Below, one piece after another: positions 10,975 through 20,317 of a stretch of 32,000 nt of DNA. Position 1 is the stretch's first letter; each line of letters opens with the position of its first letter. Source of the stretch: Nitrosomonas europaea. GTDB lineage: Bacteria > Pseudomonadota > Gammaproteobacteria > Burkholderiales > Nitrosomonadaceae. A program made the position numbers and the translations under genes. The notes below the pieces were generated by a model. It was not told the DNA's origin. It saw only the letters and a list, made by a program, of their open reading frames with translations, and did no database searches. The stretch covers positions 120,001 to 152,000 of the forward strand of contig NZ_FUWK01000002.1 in assembly GCF_900167395.1 (NCBI RefSeq). The letters run 5' to 3'.

Positions 10975-12368
10975 CAGGAAAGGATATGTTCGGCTGGAAT
11001 CGCACAGGTTTGTGCCAGCCGGTACCAGGCCTGTCTGCGTGATTCCGCCACCGGAATTGCAGGGCTGCTTTGCAACAATATCAACCAGATCTGACCGGAT
11101 ACCAGTGTTGCAAGCTCTCTTACCATCCGCTGCACTCCACGATCAGGCAACCGATGTGCCGCCACGCCAATGACTAACGCTCCTTTGGATTTTTTGAGCA
11201 TTTCCGAGACCCGGGCAAATGTTTTCTGATCCGCCACATTTTCCTGGCAAACCAATCCTTCCGGCCAGATGGCATGGCTGTCCAGTTCGACACCGATCAC
11301 CAATGCATTTTCGGGAAAACGACGACTGTGTTTCGCACGGGTAATCGGTTCCAGCGATTCTTTTGCCATTCCGGGATCGCGGTCGATCACACTGGTCACG
11401 AATTCTTTTGCGATCAGGCTCTGCCGCAGGGTGACGTAGTAAGGCAGGTATAAATCCAGTTTGTAGCGATACTCGGACAGCTTCAACATGAAAAAGGCAA
11501 GCAGCATCAGGATCAGCCGGGGCAGCAATCCATATACGATCAGTGCTCCCACCAGAAATTCCGCCCAGGCGCTTCTGATGACTGAATCCTGCACACCTGC
11601 CCCGATCCGGCTGGCTGCGATCTGCTGGCCGTCAGGAACAGCGAGGCCAATATGCTGCATGGGAACACCCAACAGACGAGTCAGCTCTGGCAGGCTGTTT
11701 TCCGGCAGCAATGTCGTCCCCCAGACGAAATCGTACTGTTTTGCCAGCATCAGCAGAATCAGCACGCCCATCCCTGCAAGCAGATAAACCAGCCAGAACT
11801 GATGAGTCAACATGCTGATTCGCCACCGGCCCACCCTGCCGGACAGGCAGGTTTCCCACCAGGCACGTGCAGCAAACGTACCAGTGGAGTCACTCTCTCT
11901 TTTCTTGAGCTGAAAAGGCAGCCAGCAGGCCAGTTGCGCAGCAATGCCCGAGCTCAATCCCTGAACACTCAGCAAAATCCCGGCACACCACAGCAACATC
12001 GACAGGAAATTGAACCCAAGCAACACGACCAGCAACCAGTAAATATTCAGCGTCGAAGATTCGCTGGCTGCATTGACCGCGGCCAACCCTCCGAGAACCG
12101 CCGCCAGCAGCAGAATGATTCTGCTTGCACGTATGAACAGCTTCTCCGGCTGCTGGAGCACCTCGTCCAGATGATTGTCATGAACCAGATGATGAGCGCG
12201 ATCCAGTAATCTTTCCAGAAAAGCAGCGTAACTGAAACCGGAAGCAGGGTACGCTTCCATACTCGCAATACCGGCGTAAGAAAGTGCCTGAGGCTGGCCT
12301 GTTTCAATATGCCGCAATTGTTCCAGTCGAACCAGATCATTGAAATCGTGGTTTTTTAATGCCATCAC
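10974..12368 (-). CDS. multi-pass membrane protein (DUF2868-type), partner of the downstream GTPase
   Basis: 464 aa with several hydrophobic helices in the middle third. It shares a 1-nt stop/start overlap with the GTPase gene. The family name is from recall of this conserved gene pair. Confidence 0.5.
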   Translation of the reverse strand: MMALKNHDFNDLVRLEQLRHIETGQPQALSYAGIASMEAYPASGFSYAAFLERLLDRAHHLVHDNHLDEVLQQPEKLFIRASRIILLLAAVLGGLAAVNAASESSTLNIYWLLVVLLGFNFLSMLLWCAGILLSVQGLSSGIAAQLACWLPFQLKKRESDSTGTFAARAWWETCLSGRVGRWRISMLTHQFWLVYLLAGMGVLILLMLAKQYDFVWGTTLLPENSLPELTRLLGVPMQHIGLAVPDGQQIAASRIGAGVQDSVIRSAWAEFLVGALIVYGLLPRLILMLLAFFMLKLSEYRYKLDLYLPYYVTLRQSLIAKEFVTSVIDRDPGMAKESLEPITRAKHSRRFPENALVIGVELDSHAIWPEGLVCQENVADQKTFARVSEMLKKSKGALVIGVAAHRLPDRGVQRMVRELATLVSGQIWLILLQSSPAIPVAESRRQAWYRLAQTCAIPAEHILS

Positions 12369-12636
12369 TATCGATATCTAAACAGAAAAATAAAAATGAG
12401 ATCACCTCGCCATAACCCGGGCGACCTGGAAAACCTGTCACCAGCCGATGAGGCAAGCAGCATAAACGGCCGGAATACGATAATGGAAAACGGTTATCTC
12501 ACTTCGGAATATCGTAATACAACCTGATCCCCGTAAAAACTTGGAAAACCGTACAATCCACGCTCTATCGAACAAAACAGAGTATCCGCAAGAGGACAGT
12601 AAAGTCCGTTCATTTATTTCAGGAAGGATGTCATCA

Positions 12637-13347
12637 ATGAAACCCGTCGCAATTCTCAGGTTTTTCCCGATCGAAGGGCCCGGCTATTTTGCCACATTTC
12701 TCAACCACCATCACATACCATGGCAACTGATCTGTCTGGATGAAGGAACGCCTCCGCCGAAAAATATGAACAAATACAGCGGCCTGGTATTGATGGGCGG
12801 GCCGATGAGCGTACATGATGATCTACCCTGGATCGGCTCGGTACTGTCACTCATCAGGCAAGCGACAAGTACCGATATTCCGGTACTGGGCCACTGCCTG
12901 GGTGGGCAGCTTTTATCAACCGCTCTGGGAGGTGTGGTAACAAACAATCCGATCAAGGAACTGGGCTGGGGACGCGTGGATGTCACTTCTTCATCCATCG
13001 CGCATGACTGGTTTGGTACTGATCTCACGGAATTCGATGCCTTTCACTGGCACGGCGAAACTTTCAGCATACCGGCAAACGCAGTCAGGCTGCTATCCAG
13101 CCCTTACTGCCCCAATCAGGCCTTTGCCCTGGGGATTCACCTGGGCCTGCAGTGTCATATCGAAATGACCGCCGAGATGGTAAAAATATGGTGTGAGGCA
13201 AATGCTGCCGAGCTGGTACAAAGCCGGGAAAGTCCCGCTGTCAGCAGCAGTGAAGAGATTCAGGCGAATCTCGATGACCGCATTGCTGCACTGCAATCAA
13301 TCGCAGATCGCCTGTACAAAAAATGGATTAAGGCATTGAAAAACTGA
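12637..13347 (+). CDS. class-I (type 1) glutamine amidotransferase-like protein
   Basis: The nucleophile elbow is VLGHCLGGQLL and a His-x-Glu is found in QCHIEM. I chose the ATG at 12637, 9 nt after GGAAGG. The 12541 start in the ORF track is a TTG with no equivalent N-terminal homology. Confidence 0.8.
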   Translation: MKPVAILRFFPIEGPGYFATFLNHHHIPWQLICLDEGTPPPKNMNKYSGLVLMGGPMSVHDDLPWIGSVLSLIRQATSTDIPVLGHCLGGQLLSTALGGVVTNNPIKELGWGRVDVTSSSIAHDWFGTDLTEFDAFHWHGETFSIPANAVRLLSSPYCPNQAFALGIHLGLQCHIEMTAEMVKIWCEANAAELVQSRESPAVSSSEEIQANLDDRIAALQSIADRLYKKWIKALKN

Positions 13348-13374
13348 TGGTCGCCACCAACACGCAACCATCAG
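13339..13374 (-). terminator. candidate intrinsic terminator for rpoH
   Basis: An 8-bp stem pairs ctgatggt (13344..13351) with accatcag (13367..13374), with a 15-nt loop. On the minus strand it is followed by TTTTT (13343..13339). The large loop makes it a weak candidate. Confidence 0.35.
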
Positions 13375-13403
13375 CCCAAGGCATGTTCATGATTCGTACC
13401 GGT

Positions 13404-14258
13404 TCAGATGGCGATCTCGGCTCGCATTTTCTTCATGGCTTTTGCTTCGATCTGACGCACACGCTCAGCAGAAACGCCCAGCTCATCAGCCAGCTCATGC
13501 AAGGTGGCAGCCTTGTCTTCCCGCAGCCAGCGTGCCTCGATGATACGGCGGCTGCGTTCATCCAGACTGTCCAGCGAATTTTTCAGCCGGGCGTGTGTCA
13601 GTCGCTCCAACTGCTCTTTTTCCAGCTCCCTGGAGGGATCGGATCCATCCGTCAGCCAGGCAATCGGGCTGAAATCATCTTCATCACTGTCCGTCACCGG
13701 TTCCAGTGAAATATCCCGGCCGCTGAAACGTGTTTCCATCTCGACGACTTCCTCAGCTTTGACACCCAACTGTTCCGCCATCGAAGCCACTTCAGCCTGG
13801 CTCATCGTATCCAGCCCTTTTTTCATGCTGCGCAGATTGAAAAAAAGCTTTCTCTGCTGTTTGGTCGTGGCGATCTTGACCAGCCGCCAGTTACGCATGA
13901 TGAATTCATGAATTTCCGCCCTGATCCAGTGAATCGCAAAGGAAATCAGCCGGACACCCCGTTCAGGGTCAAACCGTCTGACAGCCTTCATCAGGCCGAT
14001 ATTACCCTCCTGTATCAAGTCAGCATGCGGCAGCCCATATCCCAGATAACCGCGTGCAATGGTAACCACCACGCGTAAATGGGAAAGCACCAGCTGATGC
14101 GCTGCATTGACGTCACCCTCTTCTCGCATACGTTTAGCCAGGGAAGCTTCCTCTTCCCGGGATAAGACAGGAAAGCTGCTGGTCGCACGAATATAGCTGT
14201 CCAGATCACCGCCTGCCATCACCGGTAAAGCCATAATCTCATTCATGATTTTCTCCAT
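13404..14258 (-). CDS. rpoH: RNA polymerase sigma-32 (heat-shock sigma factor)
   Basis: The RpoH box QRKLFFNLR is present, along with DLIQEGNIGLMKAVRRFDPERGVRL and near-colinear similarity to E. coli RpoH. The start could be 14258, 14246 or 14234. Confidence 0.93.
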   Translation of the reverse strand: MEKIMNEIMALPVMAGGDLDSYIRATSSFPVLSREEEASLAKRMREEGDVNAAHQLVLSHLRVVVTIARGYLGYGLPHADLIQEGNIGLMKAVRRFDPERGVRLISFAIHWIRAEIHEFIMRNWRLVKIATTKQQRKLFFNLRSMKKGLDTMSQAEVASMAEQLGVKAEEVVEMETRFSGRDISLEPVTDSDEDDFSPIAWLTDGSDPSRELEKEQLERLTHARLKNSLDSLDERSRRIIEARWLREDKAATLHELADELGVSAERVRQIEAKAMKKMRAEIAI

Positions 14259-14532
14259 TGATTTTCAGAATGTACTTGCGTGATTTGAAGCGAATAGACA
14301 TATCCTAGCACTCTTAGTTCATGAGTGCTAATTTCATCAGTACCTGATTATCCCTCTTAACCGCATATTCACGCTGCTGCTCAATCAAAACAATCTCTCA
14401 TATATTAAATTCAGATAAAGAAATCATTATTTATTATTTTTATAAATAAGAGATTATTGTTATCTTTGCTTCGCTCGAACGACGTCGAGAGCCATAAACC
14501 AATAAACCTACAACTATAAAACAGAGGCATAA
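14259..14532. promoter_or_regulatory. AT-rich divergent intergenic region between rpoH and the outer-membrane barrel gene
   Basis: This is a 274-bp spacer with long A/T runs around 14400..14470. It holds an 8-bp inverted repeat, tagcactc (14306..14313) and gagtgcta (14323..14330). I did not map any promoters. Confidence 0.3.
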
Positions 14533-16107
14533 ATGAAACACCGTACATGGATATGGCTTTATCTGATTACTCTCCCATCGCTGACAAACATGGTTCATGC
14601 AAAAGAAACGCTTCCAGACAACCAGAATGGCCAGACAACAGCAGTCGATTCCGGTTCTGCAGCATCCAAGGAAGTAATTATACAAACTGCGGCCAACCAG
14701 CAAACTGAATCGACCAAACCAACATTCATCGCTGGTAATGCACCCTCCAGTTTCTACCAGCGCGCGCGCAGTTACAGCACCCACCCGGAATCCGATCCGC
14801 CCCGTTATGTTCGCACGCTGTCCAAAACGGGGATCGACGCTTTCAAAAATCTTTACTGGCTGGATGTCGGGTTGGATTACCGCGTACGTTATGAACATCG
14901 CCACAATGATATCCGGCGCTCACGTATCACCACGGATGACCCTGTTCTCCTGCGAACACGGGCTTATCTGGGTATCAAAGAAATCCTGGATCCTCTGCGC
15001 TTCGTCGTCGAATTTGAAGATGCACGCCGCTATAACGGTAAATTCCCTAAAGATAACCGCGACTGGAATGAATTCGAACTGATCCAGACCTATGGCGAAC
15101 TCTATTTCAAAGATGCGCTGGGGCGAGATGACCTGGGTAATTATCGTCCTGTCAGAATCCGGGGTGGTCGCATGGCATGGGAAACGCTGGATCGGCGCTT
15201 ACTGGGTAGTAATCAATGGCGCAACACTACCAATAATTTTGAAGGCTTCCGCGTTACACTCGGCCAGGAATCGAATGACTGGGAGTTCGATGCATGGGGA
15301 GTGCAACCGGTCATAAGACTGATAGACAAATTTGACCGGCGCGACAAAGGCCAGTGGTTTTATGGCGCAATCGGACATTTTCGTCAATGGTCAAAAATAA
15401 TCACCATTCAACCCTACTATATGGGGTTAATACAGGATGACGATGGTGGAACACGAGTCAAACGTGAAATCCACTCTCCTGCCATACGAGCCTATGGTGT
15501 TGTGCCCAACACTGAAGTCGATTTCGATCTCGGTGCCATTTATCAATTTGGCCGTGACGGTGGACAGAAAAAATCAGCACATGCCTATCTGCTCGAATTC
15601 GGCTATACCTTCCAGCAGGCTGCCTGGAAGCCCCGCGTCAGTGCCTTTTACGGTTATGTAAGTGGTGATCGTGATCCTAACGATCGCACAAACAACCGTT
15701 TTGAAAGATTCTTCGGTTTTGCACGCCCCTGGTCAGCTGATGACTACATCATTATGGAAAACATCCAGGCACCGAAAATCAAGGTAGAGTTCCAGCCACA
15801 TCCCGACTTACAAATCGACGGAGGCTATAACGGCTTCTGGCTCGCCAGTAAGACTGACCGTTTCAACAACCTTCTCAACGGCAGTGGAAATAACCGTGAT
15901 CGCAGCGGGAACAGTGGCAGCTTTATCGGGCATTCAGCCGATATTCGCGCCCGTTACAAGCTGACACCTCATATCAGTACCACACTAGGCTATTCACACT
16001 GGTTCAACGGCGGATTCATAAAAAACCAGCAGTTGGCGGAACTGGGAGAAACCACTGCCGGGACGGATTTTTTCTATGTTGAAGTCGCTATCAGCGCATT
16101 CAAATAA
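14533..16107 (+). CDS. outer-membrane beta-barrel protein, alginate-export (AlgE-like) family candidate
   Basis: A signal peptide ends in ...MVHA/KE, a low-complexity linker follows, and then alternating aromatic/polar beta-strand patterns. The C-terminus is ...VEVAISAFK. It is rich in Arg. A GAGG lies 6 nt upstream. The sbp start lies 28 nt after its stop. Confidence 0.55.
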   Translation: MKHRTWIWLYLITLPSLTNMVHAKETLPDNQNGQTTAVDSGSAASKEVIIQTAANQQTESTKPTFIAGNAPSSFYQRARSYSTHPESDPPRYVRTLSKTGIDAFKNLYWLDVGLDYRVRYEHRHNDIRRSRITTDDPVLLRTRAYLGIKEILDPLRFVVEFEDARRYNGKFPKDNRDWNEFELIQTYGELYFKDALGRDDLGNYRPVRIRGGRMAWETLDRRLLGSNQWRNTTNNFEGFRVTLGQESNDWEFDAWGVQPVIRLIDKFDRRDKGQWFYGAIGHFRQWSKIITIQPYYMGLIQDDDGGTRVKREIHSPAIRAYGVVPNTEVDFDLGAIYQFGRDGGQKKSAHAYLLEFGYTFQQAAWKPRVSAFYGYVSGDRDPNDRTNNRFERFFGFARPWSADDYIIMENIQAPKIKVEFQPHPDLQIDGGYNGFWLASKTDRFNNLLNGSGNNRDRSGNSGSFIGHSADIRARYKLTPHISTTLGYSHWFNGGFIKNQQLAELGETTAGTDFFYVEVAISAFK

Positions 16108-16135
16108 CATCAACTTATCTATAAAAGGGAATCAA

Positions 16136-17143
16136 ATGAAATTCAATATATGGTTGTCAGTCGGATTACTGACGTTTGCTCTGGCAGGTGCCAGTCAGGC
16201 ATTTGCTGACCGGACTCTTCTCAATGTTTCCTACGATCCGACACGCGAGTTGTATGAGGAATATAACCGCGAGTTCATCCGCTACTGGCAGGAAAAAACC
16301 GGGGAGAAAATTACTGTCAAACAGTCACATGGCGGCTCCGGCAAACAGGCACGTGCGGTCATTGACGGTGTGCCTGCAGATATAGTGACACTTGCCCTTG
16401 CTCATGACATTGACGCGATCAGCGAGCAATCGGGGCTGATCCCGGCAGAATGGCAGAAACGCTTACCCAACAACAGTTCGCCCTATCTCTCAACGATCGT
16501 CCTGCTGGTACGCAAAGACAATCCCAAAGGAATCAGGGACTGGGATGATCTGATCAAACCGGGTGTCGCCGTCATAACGCCCAATCCGAAAACATCGGGT
16601 GGTGCACGCTGGAATTATCTGGCGGCGTGGGGTTTTGCACTGAAAAAATACGATGGCGATGAAGCAAAAGCACAAGAGTTCCTCACCCGACTTTATAAGA
16701 ATGTCTCAATACTTGATTCAGGGGCACGTGGATCAACCATCAATTTCATCCAGCGCGGCATAGGGGATGTTCTGATTTCCTGGGAAAACGAAGCTTTTCT
16801 GGCGCTCAAGGAATATGGCCCGGAGAAATTCGAAATAATCATTCCCTCGATCAGCATTCTTGCCGAACCCCCTGTCGCTGTCGTCGACAAGAATGTCGAC
16901 AAACATGGCGTACGTAATATTGCCCAGGCCTACCTCGAGTACCTGTACGACAAAAAAGGGCAGGAAATTGCGGCACGCAACTTCTATCGACCGAGCGATC
17001 CGGAAATCGCCAAAAAATATGCTCATCAGTTCCCGGCAATCAATCTGTTTACGATCAATGAAGTATTTGGCGGCTGGCCGCAAGCCCAGAGCATCCACTT
17101 CAAGGACGGCGGCCTGTTCGACAAAATCTATGTAAATCAATGA
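16136..17143 (+). CDS. sbp: periplasmic sulfate/thiosulfate-binding protein
   Basis: The signal peptide is [53 protein letters not shown] and [17 protein letters not shown] are Sbp/CysP hallmarks. The ATG at 16136 follows AAGGGA. Confidence 0.92.
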   Translation: MKFNIWLSVGLLTFALAGASQAFADRTLLNVSYDPTRELYEEYNREFIRYWQEKTGEKITVKQSHGGSGKQARAVIDGVPADIVTLALAHDIDAISEQSGLIPAEWQKRLPNNSSPYLSTIVLLVRKDNPKGIRDWDDLIKPGVAVITPNPKTSGGARWNYLAAWGFALKKYDGDEAKAQEFLTRLYKNVSILDSGARGSTINFIQRGIGDVLISWENEAFLALKEYGPEKFEIIIPSISILAEPPVAVVDKNVDKHGVRNIAQAYLEYLYDKKGQEIAARNFYRPSDPEIAKKYAHQFPAINLFTINEVFGGWPQAQSIHFKDGGLFDKIYVNQ

Positions 17144-17201
17144 TCGATTCTGTATCCGGCACATTGATTGCTCATAACCTCAAACTCGAAAAGAATCAGA
17201 A

Positions 17202-17507
17202 ATGACAGTACTGATAGTGGGTGGAGATTACATTGCATCTCTCAAACAGAGAATCACGGCACACGGCTATTCCCGTATAGAACACTGGAACGGTCGTAAA
17301 AAAGGGTTCAACAAGCGAGCACTGCCCGGCAGAACAAAGCTGGTCGTGATTATCTACGATTACGTCAGCCACAACCTTGCCAATTCAGTGAAAGATCAGG
17401 CCAGCCGTATCGGGATCCCGATGATTTTCTGCCGTCATGCCATGCACGAAATCGACACGATCTTCGATGAGAAAAAAGCTGAAGAAAGTTGTTGCAACTT
17501 TGTATAA
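17202..17507 (+). CDS. small DUF2325-type protein
   Basis: 101 aa. VLIVGGD...LVVIIYDYVSH...IPMIFC matches my recollection of DUF2325. The C-terminus ends in ...ESCCNFV. Confidence 0.55.
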   Translation: MTVLIVGGDYIASLKQRITAHGYSRIEHWNGRKKGFNKRALPGRTKLVVIIYDYVSHNLANSVKDQASRIGIPMIFCRHAMHEIDTIFDEKKAEESCCNFV

Positions 17508-17618
17508 GTAATGAACAAGTCCAGTGAAGCAAGAAGTGCGCAGATCCCGTTGAAATGGATGAACGATTTACCCGCTTCTCTTGCTTCAATTCAGATAGCT
17601 TCTTTGCTGGAGTTACAA

Positions 17619-18530
17619 ATGCTGCCATCAACGTTAAAAACACTGGTACACGGTGATTATATGATTCGTACGATAGAACGCATTATCACAAGCACCGGTT
17701 TTTCCTTACAACACTCTGATAATGGCGAGATTACTGGCCTTTTTTACCATTGCAAGTTATCAAGCGCTTATCAACCTGTTTTTGAAGCTGCCCGGAACAA
17801 TATCATTGGACAAGAAGCTCGTATCCGCGCTGATTTAAATGGAAATGGAGAAATACAACTTTCTCCCTGGCATATATTCGCACTCGCCCCCGACGATGAA
17901 CAGCTCATCAAGCTGGATCGCCTCTGCCGAACGATTCATGCCCTCAATTTTCTTGACAATATTACTAACAAACAGATGAAGCTGTTCGTCAGCGTACAGC
18001 CCCGTTTGCTGGAAAGTGTCAAGGATGATCATGGCAGCGCATTTGAGCAAATACTCGACATTATCGGAATACGTACCTCCAGAATCGTTATCGAGATCCC
18101 AGTTGAAGCCAATCGTGACTGGCGGCTGCTGAAACGCGTGATCATGAACTATCGTGCACACGGGTATCTGATCTCAGTCAATTACAGCGGTACCAATAAT
18201 GACCGGATATCCGAACTTGGCAAGCTATATCCTAATGTCATACGTATTGATGCACGTGATCTGTTACGGCGTAGCGTACTGGATCCGTTGATAGTCACTG
18301 CTCATAATCAAGGAGCAGATGTTCTGGTAGGCAACATAGAAACTTCATATCAACTGACAGATGCAATACACGCAGGTGCAGATCTGCTACAGGGAAATTT
18401 CCTGGCCAGATATTCGCGTAAAGCCGACAACATGCTGACTCCCTTTTCCTGGCAGATACCAGACGAGCGGAATGGATACAGATTCGATAATGAATCACTG
18501 CAGGAAAATCAACCTTACAGAAGCATATAA
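17619..18530 (+). CDS. EAL-like domain protein with degenerate catalytic motifs (paralogue 1)
   Basis: The EAL-fold blocks are recognisable: YQPVF, EARIR, VSVQP, VIEIPVE, VNYSGTN, IRIDA, GNIET and LQGNFL. I chose the start at 17619 (GGAG 6 nt upstream) because MLPSTLKTLV aligns with MNRTTAKPFTV of paralogue 2. Alternative starts are 17511, 17559 and 17661. Confidence 0.6.
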   Translation: MLPSTLKTLVHGDYMIRTIERIITSTGFSLQHSDNGEITGLFYHCKLSSAYQPVFEAARNNIIGQEARIRADLNGNGEIQLSPWHIFALAPDDEQLIKLDRLCRTIHALNFLDNITNKQMKLFVSVQPRLLESVKDDHGSAFEQILDIIGIRTSRIVIEIPVEANRDWRLLKRVIMNYRAHGYLISVNYSGTNNDRISELGKLYPNVIRIDARDLLRRSVLDPLIVTAHNQGADVLVGNIETSYQLTDAIHAGADLLQGNFLARYSRKADNMLTPFSWQIPDERNGYRFDNESLQENQPYRSI

Positions 18531-18620
18531 CCCGTTCTATTTACGAGACATCGAATCATGTACCCGAAAACAGCCTTGCATATAAAAACAGCGACAAACC
18601 ATCTTGAAAGGAGCGCTTTC

Positions 18621-19409
18621 ATGAATAGAACCACTGCCAAGCCTTTTACCGTAATGGATGAGTTCGAATTGATCAAAGCTGCTACCGACTACTCGCTGGA
18701 ACAGGATGAAAATGGCCGGATCAGTGGAAATTTCTACCATTGCAAACTGACCAGTGCCTTTCAGGTAATCCTCGATATTCATGAAAATAACATAATTGGG
18801 CACGCAGCCTACATTCGCTCTGAATCAAATGGTGAAGTCTCGCTCTGGCCCTGGCAGGTATTTGCACTTGCTTCCAAAGATGAACAATTGATCGACCTCG
18901 ACCGCCTGTGCAGAGCAATTCACGCCCTGAATTATTTTAAGAAGAACTTTGACACCAACACTGGTCAGCTTTTCCTGAGTGTACATCCACGCCTGCTGAG
19001 CAGCATCCAGAATGAACACGGACGAACATTCAAAGATTTTCTGGATTTAACCGGAATCAGTACTTCACGGATCGTGATTGAAATACCGCCAGCCCTGAAT
19101 CACGACTGGAAACTGCTGCAGAAACTGATCATTAACTACCGCTCATACGGTTATCAAATAGCCCTTAATTTCAGCAGTACCAACGGACACTGGTTACTGG
19201 GAACAGATGATCTCCATCCGGACATCCTGATCGTGCAAGCACACGAATTATTACACTATCAGCTGAATGACTATCCGGAAGACAACAGCACCCGTGATGC
19301 CGGCTTCCGCCTGCATGTCAGAAAAATCGAAACGCAAGAGCAGCTGACAGCGGCAAAGCAAGCGGGCGCACATTACCTGCAGGGTAACTTTCTAGGAAAA
19401 ACAGTATGA
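18621..19409 (+). CDS. EAL-like domain protein with degenerate catalytic motifs (paralogue 2)
   Basis: AAGGAG lies 7 nt upstream of the ATG at 18621. The protein is colinear with paralogue 1: FYHCKL, NNIIG, ALA..DEQLI.LDRLCR.IHALN and TSRIVIEIP. The EAL glutamate is replaced (AAYIR) and the DDFGTG block reads LNFSSTN. Confidence 0.6.
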   Translation: MNRTTAKPFTVMDEFELIKAATDYSLEQDENGRISGNFYHCKLTSAFQVILDIHENNIIGHAAYIRSESNGEVSLWPWQVFALASKDEQLIDLDRLCRAIHALNYFKKNFDTNTGQLFLSVHPRLLSSIQNEHGRTFKDFLDLTGISTSRIVIEIPPALNHDWKLLQKLIINYRSYGYQIALNFSSTNGHWLLGTDDLHPDILIVQAHELLHYQLNDYPEDNSTRDAGFRLHVRKIETQEQLTAAKQAGAHYLQGNFLGKTV

Positions 19410-19474
19410 CTCACAACATGATCCCGGCAATCACCCAAAAGGATTTTTACAATCGAATAACAGGAGTCTGAATT

Positions 19475-20308
19475 TTGAGCACTTTCAAACAATACAGTGT
19501 ACTACCAGGCTTCAATCTGGCACTGGGATTTACCCTGCTTTACCTGAGTCTGGTCGTACTGATTCCTCTGTCGGCAGCATTCATCCACAGCGCGAAACTG
19601 ACCTGGCCGGAATTTTGGAGTACGGTGACTGCACCCCGAGTCGTCGCGTCCTATCGGCTGACATTTGGAGCCTCGTTTGCAGCCGCAGTGGTTAATACAT
19701 TTTTCGGATTGCTGGTAGCCTGGGTACTAGTACGTTACCCGTTTCCGGGTAAGCGCCTGGTCGATGCCCTGATCGATCTGCCTTTCGCACTACCCACCTC
19801 CGTTGCCGGTATCACGCTCACCGCAATCTATGCGGGTAACGGCTGGCTCGGTCAGTATCTGGAACCATTGGGAATCAAGGTCGCCTTCACCCCGGTCGGT
19901 GTTTTCGTGGCACTGACATTCATCGGGTTGCCGTTCGTCGTTCGCACCGTTCAACCTGTACTGGAAGATATCGAGAAAGAACTGGAAGAAGCTGCTGCCA
20001 TGCTGGGCGCAACACGCTGGCAGACTTTCCGGTACGTTATTTTCCCGGCAGTTCTACCTGCACTGACCACCGGTTTTGCACTGGCTTTTGCCCGCGCCAT
20101 CGGAGAATACGGCTCCGTTATTTTTATTGCCGGCAATATCCCGATGGTCTCGGAGATCACGCCATTACTCATCATCACCAAACTCGAACAATATGATTAC
20201 GCTGGTGCAACGGCCATTGCCGTCGTGATGCTGGTGATTTCATTCATTCTTCTGCTGATCATCAACCTGCTGCAGTGGTGGGTTCGTCATCGCAGCATAA
20301 AGGCATAA
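19475..20308 (+). CDS. cysT: sulfate/thiosulfate ABC transporter permease
   Basis: The TTG start lies 8 nt after AGGAG. It has 6 transmembrane segments. The EAA loop is [21 protein letters not shown]. Confidence 0.9.
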   Translation: MSTFKQYSVLPGFNLALGFTLLYLSLVVLIPLSAAFIHSAKLTWPEFWSTVTAPRVVASYRLTFGASFAAAVVNTFFGLLVAWVLVRYPFPGKRLVDALIDLPFALPTSVAGITLTAIYAGNGWLGQYLEPLGIKVAFTPVGVFVALTFIGLPFVVRTVQPVLEDIEKELEEAAAMLGATRWQTFRYVIFPAVLPALTTGFALAFARAIGEYGSVIFIAGNIPMVSEITPLLIITKLEQYDYAGATAIAVVMLVISFILLLIINLLQWWVRHRSIKA

Positions 20309-20317
20309 AGGAAAATC

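Noticed and set aside
11652-12209. 185-aa ORF on the plus strand
   Set aside because: It is antisense to the DUF2868-type membrane protein gene. Its Gln/Pro/Arg-rich composition is typical of an out-of-frame reading of a membrane-protein gene.
14306-14330. Hairpin upstream of rpoH as a possible RNA thermometer
   Set aside because: The known rpoH thermosensor involves the start region and coding sequence. I cannot place the transcription start, so I do not know whether this 8-bp repeat is even transcribed. I noted it in the intergenic feature and made no functional claim.
14440-14904. 154-aa minus-strand ORF spanning the AT-rich intergenic region and the start of the barrel gene
   Set aside because: It overlaps the well-supported plus-strand gene. 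It begins inside that coding sequence and runs into the promoter region. It has no RBS or motif support.
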